Shown here: in pieces, positions 26,601 to 41,600 of the stretch
Position numbering within the stretch: the first letter of the stretch is position 1
How the letters are laid out: every line of letters starts with the position of its first letter
Made by a program: the position numbers and the translations under genes
Notes under the pieces: model-generated
The model's database searches: none
What the model saw: the letters and a program-made list of their open reading frames with translations, nothing else
Told to the model about the DNA's origin: nothing
Origin: Perna viridis
Taxonomy: Eukaryota
Reading direction: 5' to 3'
DNA: 64,000 nt
Assembly: GCA_037379345.1 (NCBI GenBank)
Contig: CM074514.1
Coordinates: forward strand, 11,222,001-11,286,000

Positions 26601-29600
26601 AACTCTCTTCGTTACTACAAAGACGCTAAAGCTGAGGAAACAAACACATTAGATGGCAGAATAGATCTGTCTACCTGTTATGATATAGTAGAGGTCAGCA
26701 TTGGCAGAAACTATGGATTCAGAATCAAGGTACTGTAGACATTATATCATTAATAAATAACCATAATACAAACTCATAAAGCCAAAATATATATATGTCT
26801 TCTTTTACCATACTTACCTGGACTCTGAGCCCCCAACCATGATTTTTCGTCGATTCTAATTTGTTTCTATTGCAATTTGGTTCAGTGTTGAATAGAAAAA
26901 GGATGCCTCCATGGGCATTGGTATTCTGAGAACTTTCAGTGTGAAAAACTTAATGTTTAAATTTTAAACCAATATTATCCATGTAAAACATTCTTTATGA
27001 TTCTTGATAACTTTTTAGGTTTTTGATTTATCATAATACCTTATGTTGCCTGTTTATGCCTGGAACTTCCCTACTGTTTCTGAACACTACTAAAAAATAT
27101 AGTCCAAATGTAATTCCTGTTATTACATCTTTTATAACTGTAAATATGTTTCTGGCAATTATTCATCTCAATAGTATTGTATTATTTCTGCAAATAAAAT
27201 TAAGATCTAGTCTTCAAATCAACTCAAGATTTGAGGTACCTTGGCCTTAAAGGATATTAAGTAATAAATTTACATATGGGGAATTTATTTCTTGCAGTTA
27301 TGTGTTTGAAAAGATAAAATGTTGTTAATTTTTTTTCATTTTAATACATTAATGAATAAATTGTCCATCATGTCATTAATATTTTACCATTTATAAACCG
27401 GAAGTGAAGTAAAGGCATTGATTTTAACAAAGTAAAATTGGCAGGAAAATTCAAATTGATAAAATTGTCTAGTTTTTGAAAATCTTGTGTTAGGGAAATT
27501 ATTTTCTTAAGCTGATATTGGTTTTATTATGTAGGTTAATCATCTGTTAATATAGCTTTTACCATTAGCTTTTGAATGTAAATACACATTAACTTTTGGA
27601 TAGATTTAGAATTGGGGAAAAAGGTGAAATGGAACAAAATTTGTAAATGTGTGTGATGTTGGATCAGTAGTATAGATTGACTTTCAGTTTATACATATTA
27701 AAAAAAAGACAGTTCTCAACAGTATTTAAAAATGCAATTTATTTAACTTGTTTAACTTCATATAGTCTTTGAAATTTCATGCTACAAATTTCACAAGAGT
27801 CAAAAACTGCCAGTGCTATCAGCACTTTGTACATGCTGAAAACATGGCCAGTTGGTCAACTCAAATCACGAATCAAAGCAAACAAATTCCCTTTTATACC
27901 TTTATAGAAGTAACTGCCATAAAAAGCATGTGTTTTTTTTTCTGAACACATTATAAAAGAATAGATAAGACGTGTTAAAAACACCAAGAGTTTATAGAAA
28001 TCAACAGGCTGTATTAAATTTATTTACCGTAGTAATAAATTTTAATTTCAATTTAAAAAAAATAAATACTAGTATATTAAACAGATCAGTCCGGTACTTA
28101 ATATCAGTTATGTTATGAATTGATTAATCATTGCTATTCTAAATTGGAAACTAACAACCTTGGTCTTGGGGACATATCTTTAAAAAGTACCAATAATAAG
28201 TCATAAATAGCGTATAAACCATCAACACTAATTAATATAGAAAGCGTCTTTCAACTTCCAAAATACATAAAGGTCTATCTCATTTGTATGGTATATTATT
28301 GATTGTGCATTATAATCTCCATAAAAGAAGGTTAGTAAGTTTCTTCCTGTCTGACATAAAATTGTCTACAATTCCTCATTTTATACTTTCTGGATTCTCA
28401 TGAAACTTGATTCATATCTAGTTAGATCTGAAGGTATGCATATTGTCTTTAAATTAAACTTATGTGGTTATGAAATATTTGATTTTTTTTTTGATTTTTG
28501 AGTACATATACTTGGATTTGATTCCATTGTTATAAATAGAAACTTATGTTTTGTACAATATACATGGAGTACTTTGACTGTTCCCATTTGTACATATCTC
28601 TGAAGATTCATTACTCTTATTTCAGAAACAATAGTATTCAAAATGAACAAAAAATTCTCTTATCTATCTTGGCCATGTAACTGATAAATAAATTATAATC
28701 ACCTTATCCTAGCCTTGGAAATGTAACTTGTCTCAGAATAAGTTCTGTTGTTGAACCAAAAGCAAAGGTCTTCCTGTGTTTAGTTAAATGTAGCATGACT
28801 GGTGAGAAATTTCATACCATTTCCTTCCTCTTCAGCTTAGTCATGATGGTTTAAGACTATGTTTTCTCTTAAAATATATATACATAATGTCAGACCAGGA
28901 AATCCCTTGCTTATACAGTGTCCACAGGATGCTAGTACTGTGAGGTATTAAAGCCATTCATCTGTCTCCCCAATTTCAAAGTTGATATCTTTTCCTTGAA
29001 TTTAATAACATTATTTACTGATCACATTGTATGATTGTGGTAGGTTATTAAAATGTCAGGTGGAGATAGTGCATTTGAAGTACAGGAGTTAGATTTCATT
29101 TTGTAATAATGTGATATCCTTGTGTCTTTATACTTTCTTTTCCCTGTGACGAAATTTGGTACTTTTTTTCATTCATTCAGATAAAAAATACCGGGTATGT
29201 AACAGTCTGCATGTTGTTTAATTTTGTCTGAGTTTTTTCTGCTTAAAGTTTTTTTAATAATTAGGGTTTAATTTTCCTTTACAACTTTCGTTATTACAGA
29301 CCAGAAATGGAGAATACATGTTGTCTGCTATGACCTCAGGCATTAGAAACAACTGGATGAAAGCTATACGTCTCGTCATGGATCTTCAAAGTTCTAATGT
29401 CAAATCAGACTCTAAAACCTCCTCTGTTGATTCTTCTCGCCAAGGATCAGAGGAAGTAGACCCAGCTTCTATTTCTAGTAGATTAGGTGCTGCTGCAGCC
29501 AGTGATTCTAAAGATAGTAAGAGAAAGGAAGGGACCAAAATACCAAGGCGGCATCATTCTGATATTAATCTGGCTTCTAATGTTGGACAGTTGTTGAAAG

Positions 29601-32600
29601 TGAAAGAAATGGGAGATAGTTTAGATGGTTTAGACATTGGGAATATTCAGGTTCCTGAAAGGTCTTCTCCATCAAGAGACACTGCTGATGCAGGAGACGA
29701 ACCAAGACTGAAAACTTCTGTAAGTGAACCTGCTGTTGACAGTCTTCCATTAAATAGATTTGTTGAAGGAAGTGAAAATCTGTCTGCTTCATCCTCCTCA
29801 ACTGCTGTTGATCCCACTAGACCAAAGAAAAGTGAGAGTAAGAAAGAAGAAGAAGAGAGGAAACAAAGAGCCAAATCTCCAAGTGCCAGAATCAAGGACA
29901 AGACAAGGTCAAAAGCTCAAAAGATAGCCTCTGAGGATCTCCGTATGGCTATTCCTGGTGCTGACAAAGAGGATAGTAAATATTCTAGCTCAGAGGGGGA
30001 TGCAGCTGATCAGGAGTCGTCACATGCTGTAAGTGTTTATTTGAAATTTCTTTGTAATATTTCTCACAATGAGTCCATTAAAATATTTAGTAATGATTTC
30101 AGTTCTACAGGCCAAAGGTCAAAATTATACATGATATGGACATGTGCTTCTGTATAATAATTTTTGTGAGACATAGTCAGAATTTATCTTGCTTCTTTTG
30201 TTGAATTTTTTCAACATTTTTAAAATGAAAAGCAGACATCAAATGAAATTACTAAAAAAAATATTTTTACCAAAAGAAAAATAGTCCTAATATGGAAGTA
30301 AACATTGCTAGCCCAGGAATTGTTAAATCCATCATATAATTAGGTATAAAATCCTTATCTTGGCTGTGTAGTAAGCCTAGAAAAGTGTTTGATATCACTT
30401 TATAGGCATTTATGTTGAATAGCTTTGTTTTGAATGTTACTTAGGAAAGACTATTTTAACATTTGAGATATATGTAAAGTTGACTCTCCACTTTATTGGC
30501 TATACATTTTTAAGTTATAAATTATTGTTTGTTATTGTACACCTTAACTTGATTAGTCACTTAAGTGAGAATTATATTTCAAATGTATATGAATTGCCAT
30601 TTAAAATGCCGCTTTTTTTTATTGGAAGAGAGGTCTTTTAGTACTTTATTTTTTCCTTTAAAATTATGAATTGTCCCCCTTTGACAATAAAAAGTATTGG
30701 GGCAAAAAGTTGGTCACCAAGAAACTAAAAGATTATCAAAAGTTATTATCACATGAAACTTGAAAGGTGAGGATATCATGGTATTGTTGTTAAACATCAA
30801 AGTAAATTTAAGTAGATAACTGAGACAATAAAAAAAGATTTAAGTCAGGAAGAACGGGTTAACTTAATAACAGAACATTAGCATTGTGTAGATATGTGAT
30901 AAACTAGTTTGTACTTGATAAAATAAGACATGTGTTGTAAAAATTGAACTTATGAAATGTTTTCTTACAGCAGGTTGTTTATTTACGAATTATTAAAAAA
31001 ATAAAAACCGTTTACATTATCTACTACTATTATTGACCATTTGGAATGTTTGGTAACTTCAAATTCATCTTTGTTGTGGAGATACTGAGAGAATCTCCTA
31101 GAATCTGATTTACAAGAGAAATATACTGACAAATAGATGAACAGCCCCATGAAGAACTGATCAATCTTGTTTGAATTAATCTTCTTACATATTTCTTCAA
31201 TTTCATACAGTCAAGTATGGCAAATCATTGATTAGTTCACACCAAATGTTGCATGTTTTAACTGAACAGCTCATGTCTTATCTACTACAAAAAGCAAAAC
31301 TGTGTTTGACTCCGATTAGTTTTACAGTAGTCATACATGTACCTATTTAAGTCCTGATTGAAGTCTTGTTTGTATTTTCTTAATGGATTTTAAATATTCA
31401 GGTAATTTCTGAATGAAATTCATAAATGATCTTTATTTTTGTGATTAACCACAGATTTCGACATGAGTATAGTATTTGGCATGGTGTTATTATGTACAAT
31501 TATGTATCAGTTTTAAGAGGAAAAACAGTGATAATTTGAATTCAAAGTGTTGATTAGAAGTGTATGAATAACATGCAGTTTGAATGAAATATACGTGTCT
31601 GGTAAACAATTTTATGTAAACAATATGGAACTAATGTTAGTGTTTAAAAATTGTATTAAGGAATGTGTCAATCTAGAAACTGGTAAACAATGAATGAATT
31701 TACATGTATTATAGGAGACCTCTTACCATTCTCTGGCAGATGACAATGTTTCATCTGGTGATGGTATGCTGGTGGAACTACTAGAAACTGAGGTGAGTGA
31801 CAAATGTACTTTGGGGGGGGGATCACTCAAGGTGTGATAATTTAGGCTATGATTGGATTTTTAGGGAAAGATTATTGTATACAAATGAAATGTAGGATTC
31901 AGGTATATTTTGTATTAAATCTGTTCATTTCAGGAGAATTTTACATGTGTTACTTCACAATATTTCAAGGTAAACTGAAGTGTAGTTATGTAACCTGCTG
32001 TCCCTCAACTTTCTATTTTTGTAACTTTTTTTTTGTTATGTAATTTCTTCTATATATTGGTAATCATTAATTAAGTTGATTTGACATATGGTTCACATAC
32101 TTTGGATAATTTATTGATATCAGGATTCATTACTTCTTCATGTGATATCTATATATTGATTAATGATCATTAAATAAGTTGGTCTTTTTTCTTCAAATTT
32201 TTTTTTAATTCATTTGGTTTTCTCTAAAATTGGCTAGTTCTAATTGATCAAGTCAGGATTCTTTTATGAAATATCTTAGAACATAGAAACCATGATACCA
32301 TGCAAAGAAGTCAAATCTTCAAAAAAAAGATTCATGCCTCAGTCTGTGACTTTGATCAGTTCAGTTTGCAGTGTCAACATATTGAGCCATTATTTCAGGG
32401 GGTAAAAAGCAAGTCATTATCAAGGATGGAATGTTGATTTATTGGTACTGTAGCATTGGTTTGCATGACTTTTGTAGACCCCCTTTGAATCTCACTGTGA
32501 AAAGTTATGGAAAGATTTGTTTTTGATTGGCAAAGGGATTATATTTTTGTGTATTATCTTTACTGGATGATAAAAGCTGTATCATTTAGATAAAACTTAG

Positions 32601-35600
32601 AAAAAGGTCAAGACAACCACCCAGGTAAGGCCATCAAACATATCCAACTTCAAACTTCTCAAAGGGCCTAAATAAATACTAATTATGGGTGGTTTAGTTA
32701 ATACAGGTGAAAATTCAGATTTATGGTCACCTTAAATGGCCATTATGGTGGGGGAAAACCAATAGCTATTATGGTCAGCATATGTTTAGTGTGAGGAGAA
32801 AATTGGATCCAGATCTTTCCCCATTTATTGATAGTAGTCTTTGAATTATTGATTCATGACATGGTAGTCATCAAGTCATAAACATTATCAGCTTTAAAAC
32901 CACCATAATAAACTTGATTACTGTTTTATGGACAGATATCCTGCTGAACATCGGAATAAAAATTTGGCTACTTCTTAGTGTTTCTTTTAAAAGTGCATTA
33001 TAAGAAGTTTGGCAGTGAACTGTTGATGTTGCAGTTATGTCTATTAAAACACGTCAACTGGTAGGATTGTGTGTACACTCTTTCAATGTTTATTCTTTTT
33101 TCGCTAGTGTAGACATTTGCCAAGATATTATCAAAATGTCTATAATTGTTATGTAATTTTTATTTGGAAATATTAAAATGTTCTCTGTGAATTACTAAAA
33201 TTTAAATTGTGTGTTTACATTTTTAGAAGAGAAAGGACTTTTTAATTGAACAAGTTTAAATGAAACTAGTAATTTGTAAATTGGAAGTGATCTTGTATAC
33301 ATTCAGAGTATTGTCAGAGAATAACATTTCATATACATGTATTATATAAAATTGCCGTAGGCTTTAAGTTGTCTTCTCAAATAAGAAAAAATTGAAATTT
33401 GTTATGTTGTTAAAAGGTTTGCTATTCTAGTGAAAATGTATTTTCACACTTTTGATTATGGAAACCTTGATAGTGATCTATTTAACAAAGTTGCTCGGAT
33501 TTTATTTCTTTGAGTATACTGACTGTTGGTGTTTAAGGAAAATGCCTACATATAGGAATGATCTTTGAATTCTGTTGTGATGTCTACTGTTGTATTACCA
33601 TGTTATTTATGTTGTAACATTGGGGCTTAGCAGTAATTGTTGGACATAAAGTGAGGAAGTAGTTTTGGAATTCATAATAATGGAAGTTTCATGGAAATAA
33701 TTTATAACCTTTTGGAAGAACATAATAAAGTTTAAATGTGCCCCTGTATATTTGTAGGTTGATTCCTTAAAAGACCAATTGGAACATACTCATGATGAAA
33801 TAGTGAAACTTCATGAAACAAACATGGATCTAAAGAATAGATTACAAACAGCTGTTAGAGAGAAAGATGTTACTCAGGTAATCAACTACATCAACATAAA
33901 AACAAATTAGTAGCTTGGTTCAAGTTTTATTTTAGGTATTATTTACTTCATGATCATAGTGTGTTCCCATAATGTCGTTTACTTCCCTTGTTTTGTTAAT
34001 ATAAGTTGTTGGAACTACCTAGATTTATATTCATATTGACAAATTTAAGCCATAATCTTTCTTTTATTATTGGCATTACATATTAATGTTTTTTTTTGGT
34101 TTTTTTTGTACAATAGCAGTTTTTAGTCATTTTTATAGCTGTTTGCTTTCTTAGCTGTAGCAATTAGCTTGTGTTTTGCTTACCTATATGTAGATGATTG
34201 AATTCAGATCTTAATTTTTTGGATTTTTTATTTTTTATCTTAGGCTTTGTATTTTTCTTCTTTTTTTCCTCATTTCTATGTAACCATTTGCATGCAAGTT
34301 TTCAATATTTTTTTTTCTAGTAATCTTATATTTATTTGGTATTTCCGGTATGCATGTTTGACATAGCTGAATGAAGGGTACATAATCATTTTATTTAATG
34401 CCTTTTAAATGTTTTAATTGGTAAATTTTGTATAGAATTTAAAGAGCATTGTAATATGTTCTTTTTCAAAAAGTTTCGTCACTGACAAAAGGTCTCTTAA
34501 TATGCCAAAAGTTGATACCCATGAAAGTTATTTGTGATATAATTCTATTGTGAAAAAAAAAAAAACAAAACAAATAAGAAGAAAAAATATCAGACTTGAA
34601 ATGGTTACATGCTAACAACTAGAATTAATCACATGTTGCTAATAAAGTGTATATAAATGTATAGGGTAGGATTCTGTAGGCTGATATGCTAAGTAGAGTA
34701 CTCTGAAAGACACTAATTATTCACTCAGTGTACTTCAAAATGTTATTATTTTTATCAAATTTTTGTTGTTTGTAGTATACTTAATCTGAGAATCCAAATT
34801 CAGAACAATTTGCTAAGTTTCTTTAGAATAAAGTGTTGATGACAATTATAATTCTATAAATCAGTTTAATTCCTCAAAACCATACACATTGATACTAATA
34901 GATACACTGTAAATTGTTGTGATGTATTATTTGTCATCACATTAAAGAACTTTTTTCACATTTCTGGTGCAGGATTGTAAAAAATAAAATTGTACTTTGG
35001 TCTTATTGACTATAGCACAATAATCATGTGCATTAATTTCTCTAAGTTAACAGTACTTTCATAGCAGAGTCAAAATAAGACCTAAAGTCCATTAGACAAT
35101 TTTAATTATTAACTTATGAAATTATCCTTAAGTAAGATGCAACATGTGATGGATGGTGGTTAGTGCTTGCTATTTGGCTTTGTGACTAAGCTTTAGTTAA
35201 CTATATTTACAGCCTCAGACAGGTTTAGAAAGTCCCATCATACGTAGTATGTACAACGAACAAAACCAAGATCCCTCTCAGGTTTGTAAAGGCATAAAAT
35301 GTGTAAATGTAACCAAACCTATATAGCCTATATATATATTTATTTTATCTGATGCTTATTCTTATTTTACAAGTCGTGCATATACAATGTGTATATATAG
35401 CGGTGATAAATATATATATCCATCTGATTCTACCCATATTTAGCCTGTTGCGTTTATTCAAACTGGTTTAATTCCATACATTCTTTACAAGTATTCAGTA
35501 AAATACAATATTAAATGTTTTTTTTCAGTGATTCAGTGCAAAACAATTAACACATTTAAAACTATTTCTGATCCTCAATCAAGCTTCTTCATTAAATATC

Positions 35601-38600
35601 TTACATTTTTAAAGAGTTATTTTGTTGACATGGACTGTGCAAAATTTAGGGATTATCCTCATATTTTTGTGAACAGGGTTTATACATTAACCAGAGTATA
35701 TTTACCTGTTTTGAGGCATTTGGTGTTAGTCTGTGATATTATGTTTGTGATCTAATTCTTGGTTTTGTGATATTTGTTAATGGTCTGCTAATTTCTACCT
35801 AGTTTGCTCATGCTTGCATGCTTTTTTGTTGTTTCTTAGTAAAATCATTGAGTAAGTCATCAATTATTCATTTGTCATGATGATCAACTGTAAACTGATA
35901 CTTTAGTAATACAAATTGACTACATGCTATAATGTAACTCATAGTAGTTCTACCAATGCTAAAATCATCTTTTTTTATTAGGTGACTACAATGAGACGTC
36001 AAGTAAAAGAAGCAAGGGAGACCATCCAGAAACAAAAACAAGATATAGAATCACTCCAGTCAAAGTTAGCCATGTCAACATCTAAATTAACTGGAACTGA
36101 AAAGGCATTATCAGAGGCTCTTAAAGATCTGAAGCAGGAGAAAGATAAATTTATGAAACTGTCCAATGACTGGAACAAACGAATCCGCAATTTAGAAAAT
36201 CAACTGAAAGAGACTAATAACCAATATGAACGCCAGAAAAATGTTGTAACTGCCAAAGAAAATGAACAGAAACGTCTTGAAAATGAAATTAAAGCTAGTC
36301 AAATCAGGTGTAAAGAACTAGAAAGGGAAATCAAAGCATATGAGTTAGAAAAAAGACGTTTAAAAGACAATTTAGATGATGCAAATAGAAAAATATCTTT
36401 GTTGAAAGATGAATTAAAAATGAAAGAAACAAAACTACAAGAATTAGAATCACAGTATGAAAGTCAGTTGGGAGAGTTAGAACAAGAGTTCACCCAAGAA
36501 AGAGATGCTTTAGAACAACATATGGAAGATCTTAAGAAGCAATGGATTGATGCCCAGAGGAAAAACAATGAATCTGATTCACTTACAAACAATATGGCTG
36601 ACATCATTGGGGAAAAAGATGAAATTATTAACCAGTTGGAGGAAAAAATGATTGAGAGTGAGAAAAAGATATGTGATCTGACTGAAGACTATCAAGTTAA
36701 AGTTGAAGACATAAATAAATTACAGGTTTCTTCTAAAAAATTAAAGGAAGACAACAAAATATTAGAGAAAAAGATAGAGGATATGGAGAAATCTAAGTCC
36801 CAAATTAGTACTATGAGTGGTCAATTAGATAGTCAGTCTGAAACCTTCAAAAAGCAGTATGATGATGTAAAGAAGGAAAATTTAAGCTTGATAGAAGAGC
36901 TTGAAACTGAAAAACAGTCCTTGTCAGACCTAATTAAAGAAAAAGCTGAACTAGAATATACTGTTCAAAGACTAAAATTAGAACTAAGTGAATCACAAGG
37001 AAAATCTGATAAATCTTTCTCATCTGATAAATCTACTGTGAAAGAAATGATCCACAATTTCATCATGATAGAGTCAGAGATGCAAGAGTTAACTCAAGCT
37101 GTTGAGGAAATACAGACAATATTTAGTGATTATCTGTGTGACAAGGAAGAGGAGGATCATGTAGAGTTGGTGGGTGTGGCTCAAATGGTTGACGATGTTC
37201 ACAACCACTGCAACAAACTGTTAGAAATTTTAAAGGAAGGTTCTAAAGAGCTGGGTTTGGATACTGCGAGCAAGGAACAAATAAGTCCAGTCATGGAGGG
37301 CAAATTTGAAGAGGCAATGTCACAAGTAAAAAAGTTGAAATCTGAACTTAAAGATTCTTATACTCAATATGAACTTATGAAAAATAGCGAGAAGGAACTG
37401 ACAACAAAATTAAAAAATATGGAAATAAGATATCAAAAACAAATTGATGAGATGAATAAGAAATTGAATACTTTGTACTCAAAGTGTGAAAAACAAACAG
37501 CTCAAATGCCAAACCCAAAACCAAGAACTGATAAGGGTAGATATTCATTAGAATTGTCTGAACAAATTGAGGAGCAGTTGATTCAGTTGGAAGATAAAAT
37601 GAGTGTTGTTGAGCAAGTACTTCCTAACATCAACATATCAGGTGCTGGAGAAGAGTCTGAAGGGGAGGGGTCAGAATCTGATGAAGATTCTGATAGCTTC
37701 ATTAGTTCAGAGGAGGAAGGTAGTGAATCTGATGATGAAAGTGAACCTAGTGACATATTAGGAAAACTAAAAGAAATGAAGGCTCAACTAGTACTGACCA
37801 ATAATAGAATACATGACTTGACATGTGACTTGAGTGATCAAACATTTTTGTCTGCTAACGAGTCAACAACAGATGGAGATAATCAACTTATACGATCAAC
37901 TCTTCAAAAATGTGGTGAAAAGATAGATCATTTGACTAATCGGTTTTCTGACAATGTAAGGCTTGCTGGAATGTCAGTTATAAGTTTGTCATCAGTAGAG
38001 ATGTTTCAGAGCTGTGTGAAGGATGTTAAACAGAAATTGAAGGATATAAATCAAATTGTTACTGAACATGAAGTATTGGATGCTAAAGGACTTAAAGTCA
38101 TTCATGACAAAATCTTTAAGCTATTTGAGTATTTAGCTCCCTATCAACGATTCCAATCTTCTGATTTTGAAATCATGGGACAAGTTGTTCTCCAGAAAAA
38201 TATGTGCCAATCAAATATCAGGGATAAAGAACTAACTACCAAGCGTAAACATTTAGGTTATGATGATAAACTTCATGTATATGCAGATCGGTTATCAGTG
38301 GAAGCCATTATTTTAGGGCAGATGGCTTCTTTGATGCAGCAGCATCATGTGACCAATTTATACAGGGACCAATTAATGTGTGAAATAAATACTTTAAATC
38401 AGACTTTGTATGACCTCAAAAAGAAAGTAGACAGTGTATCTCAATCCTCTAGAAATGTTGATGCAGTATCTTTGTATGCATCTGTTCTTGCCGAAAAAGT
38501 CATTCTTGAAGGTCAGCTGGCATCTTGTGCCGTAGCTGATGATCATCATTTCACAGACGATACTGCAATCTTATCATCATTGAATATTGCTGATAATCCT

Positions 38601-41600
38601 TCAATCTTAGCAATGGAAGTGTTCTTAAGATCACAAGTAGATTCATCTGTATATAAACAGTTGCAAAAATCTGGGGAATTACTGGACAATGCAACTGCTC
38701 AGGTTGTAACTAGATTCTTACTACAAGGGGAAATAACTCAAGCTCTACAAAAGTTAAAGGAAAAGTACAATACAGATATTGGACATGAAAAAATCCAAGA
38801 CTTAGTCATTAGACAAAGAAAGTTTTGTACTGAGGAGCTAATTGAGAGACATGAGACTGTGACAGAATGTGTTGATTCTCAATTACGAGTTGTTTTATCT
38901 GTAATTAAACAATCTACTAATAGGAAACAAGCATTAGAATCATTTATCAATTTACTCAAAAGAATCTTTAAAAAGCATTCAGCTGAATTGCATGAACTAC
39001 AATCAGGAGACAGTTATGAACAAAACAAAAATCAGCAAATCTCTTCAACCTTACAGTCTGACCTTGACCAACTGTTGTCAAGGATTCCAAATATTTTCGA
39101 AGATGTAAGTGAATCATTAAATGATTCAGGAGAGGCTATTGAAACTCAAACTACGCAAATAGGTGATTTATTGTTACAAAAGTCAATAACAAAAGGCTGG
39201 TTAACTTACATTTGTCAGCTGAATCAGTCAGGTGGTGTGCCTGTTAATGTTGAGGTTGAGAACCAGACAGTTGATGAATATTCTCAAATTCTTAGTAAAA
39301 AACTGTTAGATGAAGCCACATCGAAACAGACTTTGGCTGTGGAGCTCAAATCTCAGGATAGAGATTCTGAGAAGTTGACAAATTTTGCGAATGCTTTGCC
39401 TGACATTGGTCTATTTAATCCAGAGAACATGGACTCTTATTCAGAACATTTGGTGCGGGAGGCAATCTTCCAGTCTCAGTTAACTTATATGACTTTCAAG
39501 ATGAAAATAGAACACGAAAGGCAGCTTAGAGATATGAAAATCAAACTTGAATCTGGTCAGAAGGTGGTGTTGACTTCAGAAATTAGTAAAGACTCTGAGG
39601 GAGATATTCAGTCTTCTCTGTCAGTTTTTGAGGAAATTTTAGAAACAAAATTTGAAGATGAATGTGAGGTTTTGAGTAATCTAGACAAGGAATTGAAAAA
39701 TTTACAAACAGTTGCCAAAGACAATCCAGAGTTGAGTAAAGAGTGTGCAAGCTTTGCAGCCATGTTTGATCATGAACTTTCTGTAGCACAGGAACGACAT
39801 GACATACATTTGGATGTACTACGACAAGAGATGACCGCTATATGTATCAGGATGGAAACTGTGGCTGATGGTAATGAAAGGGATAAAGAGAATTTAATAG
39901 GTGATTATGAGGATCGTATAAAACGTATGCAGGATGAGCTGATCAATGTTCGCATTGACCATGAGGAGGAATTAGAGCAGGTCAGACAAGATATTATGAC
40001 AGCTGTATGTGCAATCAAAGCAAATGAGGATGAAGAACCTGATCAGCTCAAACAGAAGATGTTACGGCACAAACATGCTGTTATGGTAAGTTAGTGAATA
40101 GCTATTTTATTACTCTTGTGATTTAAATACGAAAATACCAATCATGTATGATTTGTATTGATGTTAATATTTTTTCTGTTCTCCACTGTTAATTATTCAA
40201 CCTTTTTATGGCATTGAAGAAACTTCTTAGAATCCTTGTTATTTTACCCATGAAACAAACATGTCAAAAATTAAAATACTTGATTTAAAAATCAAAAGCA
40301 TCTTTTATTATATTCTACATTACTGTTGGATAGAGAAAAAATACTACCGAAACATACAAAAATAAACATTTATTCACAGTAAAATATTTCCTTTTTTTTT
40401 TTTTTTTAAATGAGACTTGACTTTTCAGTCCTACAAACATGTTTTCATTTATTGTATTCTATAACAGTTACTGCTAGAAGACATTCAAAGGTCTTTGTCA
40501 GAAGTGAACAATGATTTGGTACAGAAGTTAACAGAACAAATTGCTGAGTTAAAAGCTGTTTTTCTTACCATTGAGGTATGCCAGGACTGTAGTCCATTAC
40601 AAATCAAGGGAAAGCTTACTGGTATTATAAACCACTTGTTTACTGCCATTATTAAGTATTAAATAAATCCTTGATGAACTGAGAAAATATATTGTAATAA
40701 GTTCATTCTTTAAAAGAATAAAAGTTGTGATTTCTTTTAAGTACTTCTCAATCTAAGAATAGGGCAGAATTTGTATAATGTTGGGCACTTGAAGGGAAAA
40801 AAAACCTGCAGAGATTTTTATTGCATTAACCAAGTATTTATACCTGAACCCTCAAAGTGTTGGTAAAATTGTCTCTTTTAAGATATTGATTGGTGAAATT
40901 TAGTAGAAATGTTGTATGGAAAAATGGCTGGAAAATTTTCTCTCCCTTTTCCTTAAATAAGCAGTCAAAAAATATCAACATCACAGATGCTTCAGGGTAT
41001 ATTTAAATACTTTTATCTTTCCTGTTGTTTTCTAGATGTATTGAATACATTTGAGGCAAAAAAGACTAGTTGATAATTATGATGTGCCACCCATTGCCTG
41101 ATTCTTAAGCAGAATGGTACTTAAAAGCATTTTCTTTTATTTTGGTCTTGCAGAAATATGGTAAAATGTATGCTTCAGCTAGGTCATCCTACAGTTTTGG
41201 TGAAAAACATCACACTAGAAATTGTATTGAACATTACTTGTGTTTCTATTTTAGGATCCAGCAGAAGAGATTATAGTTACTTCCCCTGTTGCAAAAGATG
41301 GCGATGTTCCTCCTGTTAGAAGGCTATCCCTTTCAGTAGCAGCTAATGGAGATGTAAGTTATGAAGAGGAATTACTCCTTCTTCACCATAATTTATGCTC
41401 TGTAAATATTTATTATGCCCATCATTTAGATTTAAATACATGAGCTATAATTCTCAATTTCTGGTATGTACACAGGTATCCAATTTTGTATTGTGATGAA
41501 AAGATATCTCATGTTATCAGTGAGGATGCTCTGATATGGATATCATTATTTTTACAGGAAGGTTTGAGTGTCAAAATTATCCATTCACCACAAAATTTGC

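Noticed and set aside
32590-32630. Strong donor CCAG|GTAAGG in intron 10
   Set aside because: The phase-0 frame has a stop close upstream, and the nearest acceptors give frame-breaking exons (35 nt or 24 nt) or weak sites. There is no support for a coding exon.
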